NCBI GenBank assembly: GCA_040751955.1
Contig: JBFMFY010000001.1
Coordinates: forward strand, 73,405 to 137,404
Origin: Bacteroidota bacterium
GTDB lineage: Bacteria > Bacteroidota > Ignavibacteria > UBA10030 > UBA8401
DNA length: 64,000 bases
Direction of reading: 5' to 3'
The position numbers and the translations under genes are program-made. The notes under the pieces were generated by a model. It made no database searches. It had not been told where the DNA came from and was given only the letters and a program-made list of their open reading frames with translations. Numbering within the stretch: position 1 is the stretch's first letter; each line of letters begins with the position of its first letter. Below, piece by piece: positions 59,575 through 64,000 of this stretch.

Positions 59575-61031
59575 GATTTACTCCGTAGTGAGAATTTTTT
59601 CCAAATATAATACACAGGCACGCCGGACAACACAATGAAAACTCCGGGCCAGGTATATGTTGGCTTAAAAATCAGTAAGTCAATGCAAATTGCCGATGCG
59701 AGCAATATATAGATTGCCGGAATAACCGGATACCCGAACGCTTTGTACGGACGCTCTGCGTCGGGTTGCTTTTTTCTCAATATAAATATTCCTGCAACCG
59801 TAAGAATGTAGAAAATCAAAACTGCAAAGACGACATAATCAAGCAAATCACCATAGCTGCCTGAGAGACAAAGAAGTGATGCCCAAATTCCCTGTACGAC
59901 CAACGCCGCTCCGGGTACCGAATGTTTGTTTAGTGTTCCGGTCCTCTGAAAAAACAATCCATCTTTCGCCATCGCATAATACACGCGCGCTCCGGCAAGA
60001 ATCAATCCGTTGTTGCAGCCGAACGTAGAAATCATGATGAGCACTGCCATCACAACAGCAGCCGGTTCTCCAAAAATATACGATGCAACCGCAGTACCGA
60101 CACGATCTGAAGTCGCAAATTGAATTCCGCGGCCTGCAACATCGGCAGCATCAGGTGTTCCGACGATCGGCAGGACAAGGATATAGGAGATATTTGCAAG
60201 AATGTAGAGTAGTGTCACAACACCCGTTCCGATGGCAAGGCTGAGCGGAATATTTTTTTTCGGATCGATCACTTCGCCTGCAGTAAACGTAATGTTATTC
60301 CACGCATCGCTCGAGAACAGCGATCCGACCATTGCGGTACCGATTGCTGCGAGAATCATCAAACCGGATAATTGCTCGATGGAAATGATTTTTCCGTCTT
60401 CAACTTTCGTCCATGTTGCAGACCAGAAGCTTGAAAAATTTACTGAAATCGCCTCGGTGTTACTTGCAACAAATACACCAAGGAGTATGATCGAAAGGAG
60501 AGCGAGAGTTTTTGTAAATGTAAAGATGTTCTGAACAATCTTCGCTTCTTTCAATCCACCCAAATTAACGGCTGTGAGAACGATAATGCTGAATATTGCA
60601 AGCAGTTGTGCCGCAGAGATATTTTTGCCAAACAGCGGGAAGAGTATGTGCTGTTCGCTAAACCAAGGGATAACGACCGCTGTGAATTTTGCGAATGCCA
60701 CCGCTACTGCGGCAATAGTTCCGGTTTGGATCACGAGGAACACCGTCCAGCCGTACAAAAATCCGACGAGAGGATTATATGCCTCTCTCAGGTAAACGTA
60801 CTGACCGCCAGCTTTTGGCATCATTCCGGAAAGTTCGCCGTAACTAAGCGCAGCAGTGAGTGTAATACATCCTGTAATAATCCATACAACAAGCAGCAAT
60901 CCTGCTGAACCTACGTTGCGAGCTATATCAGCACTGACAATAAAAATTCCTGATCCGATCATTGATCCGATAACGATCATAGTGGAATCAAATAGATTCA
61001 AGCCTCTCTGGAACTCTCTGTGTTCAGACAT
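59571..61031 (-). CDS. APC-superfamily amino acid permease
   Basis: 486 aa with 12 TM segments. N-terminal STMIVIGSMIGSGIF is typical of the APC family. Confidence 0.8.
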   Translation of the reverse strand: MSEHREFQRGLNLFDSTMIVIGSMIGSGIFIVSADIARNVGSAGLLLVVWIITGCITLTAALSYGELSGMMPKAGGQYVYLREAYNPLVGFLYGWTVFLVIQTGTIAAVAVAFAKFTAVVIPWFSEQHILFPLFGKNISAAQLLAIFSIIVLTAVNLGGLKEAKIVQNIFTFTKTLALLSIILLGVFVASNTEAISVNFSSFWSATWTKVEDGKIISIEQLSGLMILAAIGTAMVGSLFSSDAWNNITFTAGEVIDPKKNIPLSLAIGTGVVTLLYILANISYILVLPIVGTPDAADVAGRGIQFATSDRVGTAVASYIFGEPAAVVMAVLIMISTFGCNNGLILAGARVYYAMAKDGLFFQRTGTLNKHSVPGAALVVQGIWASLLCLSGSYGDLLDYVVFAVLIFYILTVAGIFILRKKQPDAERPYKAFGYPVIPAIYILLASAICIDLLIFKPTYTWPGVFIVLSGVPVYYIWKKFSLRSKS

Positions 61032-61045
61032 TCATTCCTCCTGTA

Positions 61046-61078
61046 ATAAAAAACCTCACAGATATTGTATCTGTGAGG
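61046..61078 (-). terminator. Rho-independent terminator between the two APC permease genes (CCTCACAGATA-TTGT-ATCTGTGAGG plus U-tract)
   Basis: Perfect stem with an adjacent A8 on the plus strand. Confidence 0.55.
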
Positions 61079-61101
61079 CGGTATGAAATGAAAAAAACAA
61101 T

Positions 61102-62574
61102 TTACTGACTGTTCCGCAAGTTGCTGTGCTTTCTGCTGTAGGTAAAGTAAATCACGAAACCGATCAACAGCCACACAATAAGCCGGATCCAGTTTTCAAA
61201 ACCTAAACCGTAGATCATCGCAGAACAAACAACAATGCCCATAATTGGCACAAAAGGAACAAGCGGTGTCTTAAATCCGCGCTGCATATCAGGACGGCGG
61301 ACACGCATGATCCAAACACCAGCAGAGACCAACACGAATGCAAACAGCGTACCGATGCTTGTCATGTCGCCTGCGACACTACCGGGCAGGAATGCAGCGA
61401 ACAATCCCACAAAAATGAAAAATGCAATATTAGATTTCCATGGCGTTTGAAATTTCGGATGCACGGCTGAAAACAACGGAGGTACCAGACCGTCGAGCGA
61501 CATAGAAAAGAATACTCTCGACTGTCCCAACAGCATGACAAGGATAACTGATGAGAATCCTGCAAGAATCGCAATGGTAATGAAGTTTGCAAGCCATTCG
61601 TATCCGTGCATATACGTGAGAATTGCGTACGCTACCGAAGCTTCTTTTCCTGCTGTGCGGAAGTCTGCTGTTGTTGCAATTCCGGTGAGTACGTATGAAA
61701 AGAGAATATACAATACAGTACAGATTGCAAGTGAAACCAAAATTCCAATCGGCATATCGCGTTTCGGGTTTTTTGTTTCCTGTGCAGCAGTTGAAACAGC
61801 ATCAAATCCGATGAAGGCGAAGAAGACAACGCCTGCGCCGCCAAGTATTCCGAGAATGCCGCCGAAATTATGTGTAACCCCCAGATCTGTAACAAACGTT
61901 GTCGGTTCCGGCACCATCGGTGTATGATTTGCCGGATTAATGAATGACCATCCGAAAAATATAAAGAGCAATACGATGGCGACTTTAAGTATGACGATTA
62001 AACCGTTTACAAATGCAGATTCCTTTGTTCCTCTAATGAGCAGCAGTGTCAGTAAAAACAAAATCACCAATGCGGGAATATTCATTATCCCGTGTACACC
62101 GTCGGGAGAAACTTCAAAAGGAGAGTGGGAGAATTGATAGGGCACCTCGATAGCCCAAATGGAAAGTAATTTGTTAAGATATTCTGACCATGCGATAGCA
62201 ACAGTTGCAGCGCCAAAAGCATACTCCAAAATTAAATCCCAGCCGATAATCCAGGCAATAAATTCGCCGAGTGTTGCGTATGAATATGTGTATGCACTCC
62301 CCGCAATTGGAATGGACGAAGCAAATTCCGCATAACACAAACCTGCAAAAGCACAACCTACCGCAGCAACGATGTACGAAATAACTACGGCAGGACCAGC
62401 ATATTCTGCAGCAGCAGCAGCAGTACGAACGAACAATCCGGCGCCAATGATTGCACCAATACCAAGCAGAGTCAAATTCACCGGACCCAATGTACGCTTA
62501 AGCGTATGCTCGCTATCTTCAGATTGCTTAATAATTGTTTCAATTGATTTCGTTGCAAAGAGTTTTGACGGCAT
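61102..62574 (-). CDS. APC-superfamily amino acid permease (cationic amino acid transporter-like)
   Basis: 490 aa. TLLGIGAIIGAGLFV and GSAYTYSYATLGE motifs are typical of the CAT/YfnA subfamily. Confidence 0.8.
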   Translation of the reverse strand: MPSKLFATKSIETIIKQSEDSEHTLKRTLGPVNLTLLGIGAIIGAGLFVRTAAAAAEYAGPAVVISYIVAAVGCAFAGLCYAEFASSIPIAGSAYTYSYATLGEFIAWIIGWDLILEYAFGAATVAIAWSEYLNKLLSIWAIEVPYQFSHSPFEVSPDGVHGIMNIPALVILFLLTLLLIRGTKESAFVNGLIVILKVAIVLLFIFFGWSFINPANHTPMVPEPTTFVTDLGVTHNFGGILGILGGAGVVFFAFIGFDAVSTAAQETKNPKRDMPIGILVSLAICTVLYILFSYVLTGIATTADFRTAGKEASVAYAILTYMHGYEWLANFITIAILAGFSSVILVMLLGQSRVFFSMSLDGLVPPLFSAVHPKFQTPWKSNIAFFIFVGLFAAFLPGSVAGDMTSIGTLFAFVLVSAGVWIMRVRRPDMQRGFKTPLVPFVPIMGIVVCSAMIYGLGFENWIRLIVWLLIGFVIYFTYSRKHSNLRNSQ

Positions 62575-62641
62575 ACAGAGCTCCTTTTGGTTTGATAAAA
62601 ATACAGTGATACATACGGAAACAAAGGTTTTTATGCAAGTA

Positions 62642-63784
62642 TTATTTGCTTTTTCTGCTTACTACGAGAGCGCCAAGGGAGCAGACGATACCGGCAATAA
62701 ACGGCAGCCATGTCTTTTTCTCAAACAGGTACCCCCCCAGTAATGGACCTATTACCATTGCTGCGGTCATCATCGAAGTCATGATTCCCATGATTTCGCC
62801 TTTCCTGGCAGGGTCCGCTTTTGAAATCGCTTGATTCGACATTACAATTCTCATAATTGCCTGGCTGGTGCCGATGAAAAGAAAAGAAGCGTAGTATAAA
62901 AACAGATTTTCAAACGCCAGGAATAATAAACCGAGCAGAGTAATCACCAGCATTATTGTTTCAAGTTGCTTCATCGTGAAATGTTTCGTCCAAAATTTAT
63001 TGAGAAGTATAAGCTGATTGAGAGCCATGATAATGCCGATGGATGTAAAGAACATTCCGGTTGCAAACGACTCAAAGCCAAACACTTGCTTCGAATAGAG
63101 TGCAAAGATTGATTGGACAATGATAAAAGACATGGAAAAAAGAAACCAGATGATATAGAGCGGGCGAATTAATTGTGAACGATATGCATCTATGAGAGGC
63201 TTTACTGGGTTATAAACCAATCGAGATTTATTTTTAGTCTGATTGGATTCTTGAAGAATAAAAAATGCGACGACACCGTTTATAAGCGCCATAGTTCCTG
63301 CAATATAAAAGGGAAATGCATGTGATATCGTGCTGAGGATTGCTCCGATGAAAGGTCCTAGGATGAATCCTATACCAAACGTTGCTCCAATAATACCAAG
63401 ATTCGTTACTCTTTCTTTTTCATCCCTTGAAATGTCAATAAGATAATTTTGTGCCGTTGTGAAATTTCCCGCAGCAAGACCGTCAATAATTCTTCCAGCA
63501 AACAACATTGGAATGGATGCTGCACTTGCAAAAACAAACCATCCTATTGATGTTGAAAAAATACTCAGGAGTAATATCGGCCTTCTGCCGATTCGGTCTG
63601 AAAGCGCTCCAAGTAACGGTGCGCTGAAAAACGCACAGAAAGAAAAAACAGAAAAGAGGAGTGTTATAGTAAATGCTGAAGCCCCAAACTCACCGAGATA
63701 AAAAGGGAGGATTGGGATAACAATTCCAAATCCTAACACATCAATGAAGACGGTCGTTAAAATGATTATTTTTTGCTTCGACAT
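62642..63784 (-). CDS. MFS transporter (drug:H+ antiporter-like)
   Basis: 380 aa with 12 TM segments. MFS signature GALSDRIGRRPILL. Confidence 0.8.
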   Translation of the reverse strand: MSKQKIIILTTVFIDVLGFGIVIPILPFYLGEFGASAFTITLLFSVFSFCAFFSAPLLGALSDRIGRRPILLLSIFSTSIGWFVFASAASIPMLFAGRIIDGLAAGNFTTAQNYLIDISRDEKERVTNLGIIGATFGIGFILGPFIGAILSTISHAFPFYIAGTMALINGVVAFFILQESNQTKNKSRLVYNPVKPLIDAYRSQLIRPLYIIWFLFSMSFIIVQSIFALYSKQVFGFESFATGMFFTSIGIIMALNQLILLNKFWTKHFTMKQLETIMLVITLLGLLFLAFENLFLYYASFLFIGTSQAIMRIVMSNQAISKADPARKGEIMGIMTSMMTAAMVIGPLLGGYLFEKKTWLPFIAGIVCSLGALVVSRKSK

Positions 63785-63858
63785 TCATGCAGAAGATACT
63801 GAATAATTGTATATTCACAAACCTGCTACCATCATTTCATAATTACGCGGAGGAATAC

Positions 63859-64000
63859 ATGCAGCTACATTTACACTCCAGCAATGACATTGATCGCCGT
63901 ACATTCATTTCAAACATTGGAAAAGGACTCGGATTGGCAACTCTTTCGTCCGCTTACCTCACGGGCATTTACAATGAAATGACAGCAATGACGAAAAAGA
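63859..64000 (+). CDS. Partial CDS (5' end only): Tat-signal (twin-arginine) exported protein
   Basis: DRRTFISNIGKGLGLATL resembles a Tat motif plus h-region. Preceded by GGAGGA. Runs off the window end. Confidence 0.5.
   Translation, partial: MQLHLHSSNDIDRRTFISNIGKGLGLATLSSAYLTGIYNEMTAMTKK

Overview
The window is a 64-kb chromosomal segment from a bacterium with moderate GC content (visually ~40–45%; not computed). It is densely packed with genes, most of them housekeeping. The organism is probably in the Fibrobacterota-Chlorobiota-Bacteroidota (FCB) group, e.g. Ignavibacteria/Chlorobi-like. Three secreted proteins carry the classic type IX secretion system (T9SS) C-terminal sorting domain, and two PorV/PorQ-like outer-membrane beta-barrels lie next to them. 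Start/stop overlaps of the ATGA/TAATG type are very common.

Minus strand, 1-17.4 kb:
- One co-directional run of genes begins with an LPS-core-like glycosyltransferase operon: a GT9 heptosyltransferase, GT4, a large protein with a divergent CE4 deacetylase-like domain, then GT4.
- Next come two tandem PorV/PorQ-like outer-membrane proteins, a BNR/Asp-box beta-propeller T9SS cargo, and a secreted hypothetical protein.
- After a terminator there is a tight 8-gene operon: GT2, an MprF-type flippase-domain protein, a second GT2, a CE4 polysaccharide deacetylase, a GT-B glycosyltransferase, a PHP metallohydrolase, a small outer-membrane protein and an M50 protease. I consider this operon the most likely undescribed system: it would synthesise, flip and export a de-N-acetylated amino-sugar glycoconjugate.

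Plus strand, 17.7-55.8 kb:
- udk, an M16 peptidase, ald, an isolated nuoG-nuoH-nuoI block, ldh and comM.
- A clear SAM-I riboswitch with its terminator, followed by metY-metX.
- A T9SS cargo gene, then der, a CoADR/Nox-family FAD oxidoreductase, upp, a TPR protein, relA/spoT, ruvX and mtgA.
- An AlbA_2-HTH protein that overlaps a convergent trmH-family gene.
- cmk, ispH, rpsA, mtaB, a DUF5683-like protein and truA.
- A partial trp operon (trpD, an aldo-keto reductase, a CBS/CorC protein, trpC, trpF, trpB) fused to three glycosyltransferases and nadD.

55.8-64 kb:
- tRNA-Phe(GAA), then, all on the minus strand, a V-type H+/Na+ pyrophosphatase, a NhaD/ArsB-like antiporter, two APC-family amino-acid permeases and an MFS transporter.
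- A partial Tat-signal protein on the plus strand at the window end.

I saw no CRISPR array, transposase or integrase. All family assignments rest on motifs I could recognise by eye; no database search was possible.
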